A stretch of DNA of 64,000 nt from an uncultured Gammaproteobacteria bacterium (lineage in GTDB: Bacteria; Patescibacteriota; Patescibacteriia; S139-126), in NCBI GenBank assembly GCA_964620905.1, contig CAZUKA010000002.1:191112-255111 (forward strand). Direction: 5' to 3'. The notes beneath the pieces are model-generated. The model saw only the letters and a program-made list of their open reading frames with translations, was not told the DNA's origin and made no database searches. Numbering within the stretch: the first letter of the stretch is position 1; every line of letters begins with the position of its first letter. The translations under genes and the position numbers were made by a program. Positions 10,841 to 20,360 of this stretch are shown piece after piece.

Positions 10841-12214
10841 TTATTCAAATTCAGGTTGGGGAGAATCAGAGCGAGCTTTATTTTCAAATCTAACCTTTTC
10901 TTCGTTGAAAACCAATTCTAGCCAGCCCGTTGGGCCGTTGCGATGTTTGGCAATAATAACCTCGGCGATATGTCGTTTATCAGGATCGGTTTCTTCTCGT
11001 TTGTACATATATTCGCGGTAAATAAAAAGCACAACATCAGCATCTTGTTCGATTGAACCTGATTCACGTAAATGTGCCAGCTTTGGTTTTGGTGGTCTTT
11101 CCATTTCCACTGCTCGGGAAAGTTGGGATAAAGCTAATACCGGTAAGTTTAGTTCTCTTGCTAAGGCTTTAAGTGCCCTGGATATTTCGCTTACTTCCTG
11201 CACGCGATTATCAGAATTTTTACTGCGTCCTTCCATTAATTGTAAATAGTCAATCATAATTAGTTCCAAACCATGTTCAGCTTTCAATCGTCTGGCTTTG
11301 GTGCGTAATTCCATGATATTGGCGGTAGCACTGTCATCAATAAATATTGGCGCGTCAGATAAAACTGACATAGCATGTCCAATCCTAGGGAAATCATCAT
11401 CTTCTTCGCGGTCTGATAGTCGGCCGGTGCGCATTCGCCACAAATCTACGCCAGCCTCGGCACAAAGCATGCGATCAACTAACTGTTCTTTGCTCATTTC
11501 TAAAGAAAATATTCCCACTGGATGTCCAGCTTTGCCAACTTGTCTGGCAATATCAAGAGCAAGAGTGGTTTTTCCCATAGAAGGTCTAGCTGCTAAAATA
11601 ATCAGATCTGATTTTTGCAAGCCCGCAAGTTTGTTATCAAGATCATAAAAACCAGTAGGTAGTCCTCGGATGCGTCCGCCTTCACGATGCATCTCATCTA
11701 TTCTTTCAAAGGTTTCATCCAAAATTGATCTGACGGGAATGAAGTTTTGTTTAAGATGTTTTTGAGAGATTTGAAAAATTTTCTGTTCGGCTTCGTCAAG
11801 TAAAGCATCTACTTTTTCTTCTTCACTAAAACCCAAAGCCGTGATTTCTTGAGCGGCACGGATTAATTTGCGCAGAGCCGCCTTTTTTTGAACGATTTGG
11901 GCATAACTCACAATATTACTGGAAGTTGCTACACTGTTGGTTAATTCAGTCAAATAGCCACGGCCGCCAATTTTATCAAGTAATTGTTTTTCCTGTAGGC
12001 GGTTAGTCAGGCTTAATAGATCAATAGGTTCGCGTTCGCTATAGAGTTCCAACATGATTTCAAAAATCTGTTGGTGAGCTTCTTTATAGAAGTCATCACT
12101 TGATAGAGTGTCAGCAATTTTAGCAATAGCTTCTGGATCAATCAAAATAGAGCCTAAAACACTGGTTTCAGCCTCTAAATTTTGTGGTGGTAGCTTATTT
12201 ATTTCCTCAGACAT
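10841..12214 (-). CDS. dnaB: Replicative DNA helicase, no intein
   Basis: PPQNLEAE, AARPSMGKT, IDYLQLM, LSQLSR, LRESGSIEQDAD, KHRNGPTG. Confidence 0.98.
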   Translation of the reverse strand: MSEEINKLPPQNLEAETSVLGSILIDPEAIAKIADTLSSDDFYKEAHQQIFEIMLELYSEREPIDLLSLTNRLQEKQLLDKIGGRGYLTELTNSVATSSNIVSYAQIVQKKAALRKLIRAAQEITALGFSEEEKVDALLDEAEQKIFQISQKHLKQNFIPVRSILDETFERIDEMHREGGRIRGLPTGFYDLDNKLAGLQKSDLIILAARPSMGKTTLALDIARQVGKAGHPVGIFSLEMSKEQLVDRMLCAEAGVDLWRMRTGRLSDREEDDDFPRIGHAMSVLSDAPIFIDDSATANIMELRTKARRLKAEHGLELIMIDYLQLMEGRSKNSDNRVQEVSEISRALKALARELNLPVLALSQLSRAVEMERPPKPKLAHLRESGSIEQDADVVLFIYREYMYKREETDPDKRHIAEVIIAKHRNGPTGWLELVFNEEKVRFENKARSDSPQPEFE

Positions 12215-12362
12215 AGTAGTCTTATTTTACGGAAGAATTGTTCTTTTTTCAAGCGTTTATTTTACAGAGGAAATCCACTTGTCATTCACATCGATGATCG
12301 GTAAGATAATATAAATGATCATTAAAATAAATATATAAAACAATAAATAAAGGAGAATAAAA

Positions 12363-13373
12363 ATGAAAAAATCAAAATTTTTATTAATTTTTTTGATAGT
12401 GTTGTTGGTCATTTTGTTGACGCAGAGCTTTATGCTTTATGATATTTATCATAGTAGCCAGCAAACTGAAATTTCCAATCAACAAAAAATTTCACAACTT
12501 GAAAAACAAATAAACACTATTACATCAGATTTTTATTTACAAAACATTGATATTCCCAAACAGATTAATTTTGCTGATAAAGAAATTATTTTAGATGATG
12601 TTGTTCGAGAAGAAATTTTTGCCAAAGTGGTTCGTTTCAAAAGCGATCGTTGGCGTTGGCCAATAATCAATTATCGTTTGGAGAAATATTCATTTATTCT
12701 TGATACCTTGCGTGCCTTGGGGGCACATCAAGATTTGATTTATTTAGCTATTCAAGAAAGTTTTTTAAACCCCCGAGCTATTTCTTGGGCTAAGGCCAGT
12801 GGTTTTTGGCAATTCGTTCCCACAACTGCTAGAAGTTATAAACTGGAAATAAATGATTATATAGATCAGCGTTTTAATCCTGCACAAGCAACTATTGCTG
12901 CCGTCAAACACCTCGATGATTTATTGAAAGTATTTTCTGGTAATTGGGCACTCGCAGCTGCCGCTTATAATGTTGGCGAAGGTAGGGTTTTACAAAGCAT
13001 ACGTATCAAAGGCACGACTAATTATTTTGATTTGAATTTACCCAGAGAAACAGCTGAATATTTTATCAATATTTTGGCCTGGAAAATTATAATGGAAGCT
13101 GATGATAATTTTGTCAAACGCTTCAACCCGCAGGTTGATTTTACGATTAAATATATTGAGGTTAAATTAACCCTCCACCAAACCCTAAAAGTCAAAGAGA
13201 TTTTATCAGTATTTAACAATAGTTATCGTGTGTGGCGCAACCTCAATCCGATTTATATTAGAGATGAAGTACCTAGAGGTGCTCATTTACTAAAAATTCC
13301 ACAAGAAAATTTAACAATTTTCAATCAGCTGCTGGAAAGAAAAAAGGTTACTTACGTGGTGATAAAAAGTTAA
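12363..13373 (+). CDS. Membrane-anchored lytic transglycosylase (MltD/SLT-like)
   Basis: N-terminal TM; QES..NPRAISWAKASGFWQF, AAYNVGEG, LPRETAEY; SD AAGGAG. Confidence 0.85.
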   Translation: MKKSKFLLIFLIVLLVILLTQSFMLYDIYHSSQQTEISNQQKISQLEKQINTITSDFYLQNIDIPKQINFADKEIILDDVVREEIFAKVVRFKSDRWRWPIINYRLEKYSFILDTLRALGAHQDLIYLAIQESFLNPRAISWAKASGFWQFVPTTARSYKLEINDYIDQRFNPAQATIAAVKHLDDLLKVFSGNWALAAAAYNVGEGRVLQSIRIKGTTNYFDLNLPRETAEYFINILAWKIIMEADDNFVKRFNPQVDFTIKYIEVKLTLHQTLKVKEILSVFNNSYRVWRNLNPIYIRDEVPRGAHLLKIPQENLTIFNQLLERKKVTYVVIKS

Positions 13374-13513
13374 GACTATCAATTAGGTGGTAAAAATAAA
13401 AAAATTAGCCCAAGGTAATATCTTGGGCTTTTCTCTTGCCAAAATTATTTAGTTTTGCTATATTATGTTTTGTTATTTGTTATTAGTAATTAGAAATTAG
13501 TAATTAATAACTT

Positions 13514-13589
13514 GGGTCGTTAGCTCAGTCGGTAGAGCGCCAGCCTTTTAAGCTGGGCGTCACAGGTTCGAATCCTGTACGACCCACCA
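13514..13589 (+). tRNA. tRNA-Lys(TTT)
   Basis: Cloverleaf GGGTCGT/ACGACCC; anticodon arm CCAGC-CTTTTAA-GCTGG; TTCGAAT; encoded CCA. Confidence 0.96.
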
Positions 13590-13625
13590 TAAAAATTTGT
13601 TTATCAACAGCGGTAGACAAATTTT

Positions 13626-14903
13626 TTATTTTGATAATTTTTTTAGTACTGTTTTAATATCAGTAAATGACTGGCCATAAATAAGTAGTCCTTCTTTATG
13701 TCCGCCCATTACCAAAGCACCAATAGGTTCATTTTTTTTATTTAAAATTTTTTTTATTTCTTGACTTATAGCTGGTGTACCATAGGTGGCGATTGGAGAG
13801 GTGGTAGGTATTTTATTTAGATGTTTTTTCCACAATAAAAGATTGTGAATATGGACAACTACTTGTACCTTGGGTAAGCAATCATAGACAGCTGCATGGC
13901 TAAGTGATTCTGATGAAGCCACAGTGGCACCTTGGCAGGTAATATGATTTTTTTGATAATCCCAACCGTAAACTAAAGCAAAATGTTTATTGTTTAAGTA
14001 TTTATACCCGCCGGTAGCATTACCCGAAATGATGAAACCTTTTTTCACGCGATAGCTAATGTTGCCAAATCCAACTCCTTGTTGGTTGCGACCAATTAAT
14101 TTTTTTTGCCAAAAAAACGATCGATATTTTTTTAGTTGGGCAGTGGCAGTTGAAGACGATAAAGCTTTTGCTTTTTGCCAGGTATAATTGAATTTTATAT
14201 AACCATCCGTTTCTTGATGAATATCAATAATTGGTAAAATAGCTAAAAAAGATTTTACCGAGTGATCAGCGACTGAACATTTTTTTATTCCAATATAGAT
14301 AGAAATAAAATTCATTTTTTTAGCACCCATAATATCTCGGTCACAATTATCACCAATTACATAAACCGCTGGCTGTTGTTTAAAATTTGCTTTTTTTAGA
14401 GCTAATTTAAAGATAGGAGTAAATGGTTTTTCTTTACCGACTTCTTCTGAACAAACTATAAAATCAAAAAAGTGAGCAATTTTTAAGTATTCCAGTTTAG
14501 TGATTTGGATGTTAGAAAGCAGATCGGTTACCAGGCCCATTCTAATTTTATTTTTTTTAATTATCTGTAAAGTTTTTTTGACTGTTGGAAAAAGTCGCAG
14601 GTTTTTGTAGGTTGTAAGCCAATATAGATTAGCAATGTCGTTAAGTAGCTTTGGTTGTAAGGGCAAGCGTAAAAGTTCAAACATTTTTTGAAAGTATAAG
14701 AATCGGTTATGTGAGGAAGCAGTTGGTCCTAAACGTTTGTGAACATCGTCTCGGGCTTGAGTATAGAGTTGGTTGAATTTTTTCTCGGAAATATCAGGCT
14801 TAATTTTTTTTAAAAAAACAAAACAAGCTCGTTTAGCTTGATTGTAAGCTTGAGTGGCATTGCATAAAGTATCATCAATATCAATTAGTAATAGTTTGTC
14901 CAT
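13626..14903 (-). CDS. HAD-family hydrolase fused to class II aldolase/adducin-like domain
   Basis: N-term DIDDTL, EKP, IGDNCDRDI; C-term GFGNISYR, ASSESLSHAAVY, VHIH, YGTP, MGGHKEG; ATG at 14903 lies 6 nt below TATAAT. Confidence 0.8.
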   Translation of the reverse strand: MDKLLLIDIDDTLCNATQAYNQAKRACFVFLKKIKPDISEKKFNQLYTQARDDVHKRLGPTASSHNRFLYFQKMFELLRLPLQPKLLNDIANLYWLTTYKNLRLFPTVKKTLQIIKKNKIRMGLVTDLLSNIQITKLEYLKIAHFFDFIVCSEEVGKEKPFTPIFKLALKKANFKQQPAVYVIGDNCDRDIMGAKKMNFISIYIGIKKCSVADHSVKSFLAILPIIDIHQETDGYIKFNYTWQKAKALSSSTATAQLKKYRSFFWQKKLIGRNQQGVGFGNISYRVKKGFIISGNATGGYKYLNNKHFALVYGWDYQKNHITCQGATVASSESLSHAAVYDCLPKVQVVVHIHNLLLWKKHLNKIPTTSPIATYGTPAISQEIKKILNKKNEPIGALVMGGHKEGLLIYGQSFTDIKTVLKKLSK

Positions 14904-14983
14904 ATTATAATTATAGCAAAAATTAGTAGATTTCGAACTATTTACTGTTGGACTTATTTTTGTTGTCAAGATAAAATTAGTTT

Positions 14984-15253
14984 ATGGATGAAATAATGAG
15001 AAAAAAATTGACTGTGGCTGCCGCTCAGATGGCCAAAGAACATCCGGTCAATTTTGAAAACAACCCAAATATTAACCGTACAGAAAAGACCCCGGCTGAT
15101 ATTGTCTACCAAGGAAAAATTGTTGGGTATTATGATACTCAAATTGCGATGTGGCGGAAAGGTGATCGGGAAAATTTTTCCCTAGATGATAAAACCTACC
15201 CTAATCAGGAAGAATTGTTGCAGGATTTACACAAGGAATTTTCTGATCTTTAG
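14984..15253 (+). CDS. Hypothetical protein (89 aa)
   Basis: ORF with TAAAAT 6 nt upstream and a downstream hairpin. Confidence 0.6.
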   Translation: MDEIMRKKLTVAAAQMAKEHPVNFENNPNINRTEKTPADIVYQGKIVGYYDTQIAMWRKGDRENFSLDDKTYPNQEELLQDLHKEFSDL

Positions 15254-15388
15254 ATGTTTTTATAATTCATCAGTACCTCTTACTTAGGAGGCGTTTTTAT
15301 ATTGACAAAATCAATTATTTTGTTAGCATAAGTAAATTGCGATCGTTAGCAGTTCACAAAATCAATCATAAATTCACGGAGGTAACTC

Positions 15389-16774
15389 TTGGAACATTTA
15401 TCTATTTCTTGGTTGGCAATTTTGCCTTTTAGTCTAATGCTTGGTATTATTGCTGTTTTTCCGTTATGGGAAAAAACTACCCACAGTTGGGAAAAAAATT
15501 CATTTAAGCTATTATTGGCTTTATTATTGGGAATCCCGGTAGCTGTTTGGATGTTAGCAATTGGTCAGACAGAAGCGGTGATTCATGCACTGGTAGAATA
15601 TGGTCAGTTTATAATGTTACTTACTACTTTATTTGTAGTATCTGGCAATGTATTTTTACAAGGTGATATTGAAGCAACGCCACAAACAAACATGAGATTT
15701 CTTGCCGTTGGCGGAATTTTAGCCTCTTTTATTGGCACTACAGGAGCAGCAATGATACTGATTCGGCCACTACTCAATACCAATAAAGAAAGAAAGTATG
15801 TTGTTCATACTGTAATATTTTTTATTTTTATTGTGGCCAATTGTGGTGGACTACTTACTCCACTAGGGGATCCACCTTTGTTTCTTGGTATGCTCAGAGG
15901 CGTGCCTTTTAATTGGACATTTTCTCTATGGCCGGAGTGGTTATATATGGTCGCAAGTTTATTATTGTTATATTATTTGCTGGATAGTTTTTATTATTAC
16001 CTGGAACCACAGAGTAATATTGTCAGAGATAGGACCAATGTTTTGCCAATCAAATTGATTGGTAAAAGGAATTTATTATTACTTGCTGGTGTGGTAGCAG
16101 CTGTGGCTTTTGCTCCCTCAATTGATTTAACTGCTTATCATCATAATTTTGCAGCCACTGAACTTATCCCGATTAGAGAGATGATTATGGCATTACTTAT
16201 ATATTTATCTTTACTGGGTCCGCAGGTAGCTCGCCGACAAAATGAATTCAATTATCATGCTATACAAGAAGTAGCCGCTTTGTTTATAGGAATATTTCTT
16301 ACGATGATTCCAGCCTTGATGTATTTGCGGCAGATTGCGCCCACTTTACCTCTCAATGAAGTTACTTTTTTTATTTTTACCGGTGGTTTGAGTTCAGTAC
16401 TTGATAATGCCCCGACATATCTGACCTTTTTTGAAATGGCCCAGTCTATGGGAGGCACTCCAGCTATCGCTGGAGTATTTGAGTCATATCTCATATCCAT
16501 TTCCTTGGGCGCTGTATTTTGTGGTGCCATGACATATATAGGTAATGGGCCAAATTTTATGGTCAAAGCTATAGCTGAAGAAAGAGGCATCGCTATGCCG
16601 TCATTTATTGGTTATTTAAAATGGTCAGTGACTATTTTAATCCCTTTGTTTATTTCACTGGTAATGATATTTGTTGTGGGTGGTTGGTGGCTGGTAATAG
16701 GCTCTAGTTTTTTGGCACTTTATGTTCTGTTCTTTTTTTATTTATGTTATCAAAAAAAACCAGTATTGGTTTAA
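15389..16774 (+). CDS. Putative sodium:proton antiporter (ion transporter superfamily)
   Basis: Many TM; GTTGAAMILIRP, ANCGGLLTPLGDPPLFLG, LDNAPTY, YIGNGPNFMVK; SD GGAGG, TTG start. Confidence 0.85.
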   Translation: MEHLSISWLAILPFSLMLGIIAVFPLWEKTTHSWEKNSFKLLLALLLGIPVAVWMLAIGQTEAVIHALVEYGQFIMLLTTLFVVSGNVFLQGDIEATPQTNMRFLAVGGILASFIGTTGAAMILIRPLLNTNKERKYVVHTVIFFIFIVANCGGLLTPLGDPPLFLGMLRGVPFNWTFSLWPEWLYMVASLLLLYYLLDSFYYYLEPQSNIVRDRTNVLPIKLIGKRNLLLLAGVVAAVAFAPSIDLTAYHHNFAATELIPIREMIMALLIYLSLLGPQVARRQNEFNYHAIQEVAALFIGIFLTMIPALMYLRQIAPTLPLNEVTFFIFTGGLSSVLDNAPTYLTFFEMAQSMGGTPAIAGVFESYLISISLGAVFCGAMTYIGNGPNFMVKAIAEERGIAMPSFIGYLKWSVTILIPLFISLVMIFVVGGWWLVIGSSFLALYVLFFFYLCYQKKPVLV

Positions 16775-16847
16775 ATTTTGCCCTGATTAATCAGGGCTTT
16801 TTTATTAGTTAATAAATTATATGTTATACTTTAACTAGTATTATTTT

Positions 16848-19601
16848 ATGGAAAAAACAGTTTTACAAACAGAATTTTATAGTTTAGAGGTTGATAAGGC
16901 CTTAGAATTATTGGATAGTTCCGTTTATGGTTTGGCAAATGATGATGTCAAGGCAAGGTTAAATCAGTTTGGGCTCAATGTTTTGCCTGTTGAAAAGAAG
17001 ACTTCAAAAATTTTGATGTTTTTTTCCCAATTCAATAGTTTATTAGTTTATTTATTATTGGGGGCAGCGGCGTTGTCTTTTTATTTTGATCATGTGGTTG
17101 ATGCAGTAGTGATTTTGATTGTGGTTTTGATTAATGCTATTTTTGGTTTTGTTCAGGAATATCGTTCAGAAAAAGCTATCGCGGCTTTGAAAAAATTGGT
17201 TAAAGACACCATCAGAGTTTTACGTGGTGGACAACAGGTAGAAATTGAAGTCGCTCAATTAGTACCGGGTGATATTATGTTGGTAGCTGAGGGTGATAAA
17301 TTGCCAGCTGACGGTCGGGTAATTGAAGCAAAAAATTTATTGGTCAATGAAGCTTCACTAACTGGCGAATCAATACCGCAAAGAAAAATAGTCAATATAA
17401 TCAATACTAAAACTGCTTTACAGGAAAGAGAAAATATGATTTATAGTGGCACCGTAGTAGTAGCTGGCGAGGGCAAGGTGTTGATTACTGCTACCGGCGT
17501 TATTACTGAATTGGGTAAAATTGCCACTCAAGTTCAAAGTTCTAGTCGAGGAAAAAGTCATTTTATGGATAAGGTTGATCATTTAGGTAAACAACTGGCA
17601 ATAATCGCCATTGTCGGATCATTGCTGGTGGTTTTGATTGGTTGGTTAAATAATTTTGATTGGTTTGATCTGTTTTTATTTGGTATTGCTTCAGCTGTAT
17701 CTGGCATTCCTGAGGGTTTGCCAGTAGTTTTGGTTGTGGTATTGGCGATTGGTGTACAACGTATGGCCAAACGAAGGGCAATTGTCAAACATTTAGCTTC
17801 AGTTGAGCCTTTGGGTATGGTAGATGTTATTTGTACAGATAAAACCGGCACGTTGACTAAAAATGTAATGACAGTGACTAATATTTTTTATGGTGGTAAG
17901 ACAATTTCTGTCAGTGGTACAGGATATAAATTGAAAGGAGATTTTTGGTCTGAACACAATAAAATAGTACCGCTTACAGATCCTTGGTTAGCCCGCTTAC
18001 TAATTGCTGGTTCAATTGTTCATCATTCATCTTTGATTATGAAATCAGATGGAGAAAATAAAGATGAGGCAGTTGAAGTGGTAGGAGATCCAACCGAAGT
18101 AGCCTTGATGATAGCTGCTCATAAAGCCGGTTTGAGCAAGGAACAGTTGTTGGTTGATCATAAGATTATAGATAATATTCCTTTTAATTCAGATGACAAA
18201 TTTCAAGCCGCCTTAATTGGTAGTAAATTGTCAGATGATTCGGTGGAAAATAATTTATATACAATTGGTGCTTTGGAAACATTGTTACCGCGGTGTAAAA
18301 AAATTTTATGGCAGGGAGAAGAAAAAAAATCAAACCATGAGTTGATTGATGAATATGAAAAAAATCACAAACTCCTAGCTCAAACCGGCCATCGTCTCAT
18401 TGCCATAGCTTATAAGTCAGTCAATGCCAAACAAACAGAAATTAATCACGAAGATGTTGAGGGTTTAACTTTGCTTGGTTTATTTGCATTGATTGATCCT
18501 CCTCGGGAAGAAGTCAAAACCGCTATTGATTTGTGTCAGCGGGCAGGTATCAGAGTGATTATGATTACTGGTGATAATATTGATACTGCTATGGCGATTG
18601 GTAAACAAATTGGACTCTTGGACAAAAAAGACGATCGCGGACAAGTTTTTACTGATTTAGATATTGCCGATTACAATGATAAGCAATTTGCTGATTTAGC
18701 AAAAAAGGTGAAAATTTTAGCCAGAGTTTCACCCACCACCAAAATGCGTTTAGTCAAAGAGTTGCAAGCCAGTGGTCATACAGTGGCGATGACTGGTGAT
18801 GGTGTCAATGATGCACCTGCTTTAAAACAAGCAGATATTGGTGTAGCAATGGGTAGAGTGGGTACTGATGTTGCTAGGGAAGCGGCTGAGATAGTTTTGG
18901 CTGATGATAATTTTGCATCTTTGGTTAGTGCGGTAGAGGAAGGTCGGGCAGTTTTCAACAATGTCAGACGCACGTCAGCTTTTTTAGTAACAACCAATGT
19001 AGCAGAGTTTTTAACCTTGATAGTGATGTTGTTATTTGGCGCGGGAATGCCATTATTGCCAATCCAGATTTTGTGGCTTAATTTAGTAACCGATGGTTTT
19101 GCTGGCATTTCGCTGGCAACAGAAAAAACTCACGGTGATGTGCTATATCGTTCGCCTTATCCCAAGGGTACAAAAATTTTAAACCGAGAAGTGTTTGATT
19201 TGATAGTTATTGTTGGTTTGTTGATGGTGATGTGTGCAGTGGTAGTCGGTTATCCTTTATTGAAAAATGGTGTGTATGATTATGGTCGCACTATGATTTT
19301 TGCTAGTATGTCTATTTTACAGTTGTGGAATGTATTCAATTTGCGTTCAATGAATAAATCTATCTGGCGAGTTGGTTGGTTTAAAAATAATTATATAAAT
19401 TTGGGAATTTTGGCTTCTTTGGTTTTGATGTTGGTAGTGATGTATGTACCATTTTTACAAGATGTGTTTTCATTTGTACCACTCTCTTTTAAAGATTGGT
19501 TAATGATTGTACCTCTGACTTTTTCTGTGATACTTGGTGTGGAGATATATAAATATTTTAAATTTTACGACAAACGTTTGTTCAAAAAAAGTGATGCTTG
19601 A
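16848..19601 (+). CDS. P-type II cation (Ca2+-like) transporting ATPase
   Basis: TGES, IPEGLP, DKTGTLT, GDPTE, TGDN, TGDGVNDAPAL, NLVTDG. Confidence 0.95.
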   Translation: MEKTVLQTEFYSLEVDKALELLDSSVYGLANDDVKARLNQFGLNVLPVEKKTSKILMFFSQFNSLLVYLLLGAAALSFYFDHVVDAVVILIVVLINAIFGFVQEYRSEKAIAALKKLVKDTIRVLRGGQQVEIEVAQLVPGDIMLVAEGDKLPADGRVIEAKNLLVNEASLTGESIPQRKIVNIINTKTALQERENMIYSGTVVVAGEGKVLITATGVITELGKIATQVQSSSRGKSHFMDKVDHLGKQLAIIAIVGSLLVVLIGWLNNFDWFDLFLFGIASAVSGIPEGLPVVLVVVLAIGVQRMAKRRAIVKHLASVEPLGMVDVICTDKTGTLTKNVMTVTNIFYGGKTISVSGTGYKLKGDFWSEHNKIVPLTDPWLARLLIAGSIVHHSSLIMKSDGENKDEAVEVVGDPTEVALMIAAHKAGLSKEQLLVDHKIIDNIPFNSDDKFQAALIGSKLSDDSVENNLYTIGALETLLPRCKKILWQGEEKKSNHELIDEYEKNHKLLAQTGHRLIAIAYKSVNAKQTEINHEDVEGLTLLGLFALIDPPREEVKTAIDLCQRAGIRVIMITGDNIDTAMAIGKQIGLLDKKDDRGQVFTDLDIADYNDKQFADLAKKVKILARVSPTTKMRLVKELQASGHTVAMTGDGVNDAPALKQADIGVAMGRVGTDVAREAAEIVLADDNFASLVSAVEEGRAVFNNVRRTSAFLVTTNVAEFLTLIVMLLFGAGMPLLPIQILWLNLVTDGFAGISLATEKTHGDVLYRSPYPKGTKILNREVFDLIVIVGLLMVMCAVVVGYPLLKNGVYDYGRTMIFASMSILQLWNVFNLRSMNKSIWRVGWFKNNYINLGILASLVLMLVVMYVPFLQDVFSFVPLSFKDWLMIVPLTFSVILGVEIYKYFKFYDKRLFKKSDA

Positions 19602-19626
19602 CCAAGTAAAAAATTTTTGCTATAAT
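19598..19626 (+). promoter_or_regulatory. Sigma70 promoter for Asn leader/tRNA-Asn
   Basis: TTGACC-17-TATAAT with extended -10 TG. Confidence 0.8.
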
Positions 19627-19632
19627 TAATAT

Positions 19633-19671
19633 ATGGTGAGACAAATATCAAATAATAATAACAATTTTTGA
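19633..19671 (+). CDS. Putative leaderless leader peptide MVRQISNNNNNF
   Basis: ATG GTG AGA CAA ATA TCA AAT AAT AAT AAC AAT TTT TGA; ATG at the expected TSS; upstream of tRNA-Asn. Confidence 0.7.
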   Translation: MVRQISNNNNNF

Positions 19672-19673
19672 CA

Positions 19674-19743
19674 CGGCCTTAGGGGTACGGAAATTTTTAT
19701 TATTTTTTAGAAACCGGCTTCCTAAGAGCCGGGTGTTTTATTT
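19674..19743 (+). promoter_or_regulatory. Putative attenuator (antiterminator/terminator)
   Basis: Terminator stem CCGGCT(19714-19)/AGCCGG(19727-32) plus GTGTTTTATTT; 19674-19690 is complementary to 19714-19731. Confidence 0.7.
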
Positions 19744-19800
19744 GTAACTGGCTATAATTGTAAGCGAAATAAATTATATCCATTTGACTGCTAAGATTAA

Positions 19801-19875
19801 TGCTAGGTAGTTCAGTGGTAGAACGCCGCGCTGTTAACGCGGATGTCGCTGGTTCGATCCCAGCCCTAGCAGCCA
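19801..19875 (+). tRNA. tRNA-Asn(GTT)
   Basis: TGCTAGG/CCTAGCA acceptor (U1-A72, G73); CCGCG-CTGTTAA-CGCGG; TTCGATC; CCA. Confidence 0.96.
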
Positions 19876-19997
19876 ATTGTGTGGAATAATATTAGTTGCA
19901 GGCCTGTTTCGCCTCGGTAGTCAAAAATATAAATGGTTGTAGTATTGAAGTAGAAATTTTATTTAATTTTTATTCATAAAGGGTGTATAGTTGAAAT

Positions 19998-20339
19998 ATG
20001 TTAAGAATAATTTTAAAATATATTAAAATTTTTTTTTGGTTAAGTATATTTGTAAGTATGATAATTTTATTTATGCCGGGTGGTACCCAGCCCGGGCTAC
20101 CTTATATTGATAAGGTAGCTCATTTTTTGTTGTTTGGAGGTTTGAGTTGGTTAGGATTAAAAAGTTACCAAAGCGTATTTACTATTATTTCCAGTTTAAT
20201 AGTTTATACAATTCTAGCAGAGTTTATTCAGTATTTTTTTATATTAAATAGAGGTCTTGAATTTATGGATGCAGTGATGGGGATAGTGGGGATTGGGGCG
20301 GGATGGTTGATACATAGGAGTAAACTTATTCAGTTTTAA
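19998..20339 (+). CDS. VanZ-like membrane protein
   Basis: DKVAHFLLFGGL...EFIQ...R...D motif; TATAGT 6 nt before ATG. Confidence 0.75.
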   Translation: MLRIILKYIKIFFWLSIFVSMIILFMPGGTQPGLPYIDKVAHFLLFGGLSWLGLKSYQSVFTIISSLIVYTILAEFIQYFFILNRGLEFMDAVMGIVGIGAGWLIHRSKLIQF

Positions 20340-20360
20340 ATAATAAGTATAAATTAAAAT

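Noticed and set aside
10841-12214. Intein in DnaB
   Set aside because: 457 aa with contiguous helicase motifs.
13440-13513. Cognate-codon leader peptides before tRNA-Lys (Thr, Tyr and Trp genes also checked)
   Set aside because: No cognate-codon runs or alternative hairpins found; only tRNA-Asn shows the pattern.
19674-19743. T-box riboswitch upstream of tRNA-Asn
   Set aside because: No stem I/specifier region and no GGTGGnACC motif; the leader is too short. The peptide model fits better.
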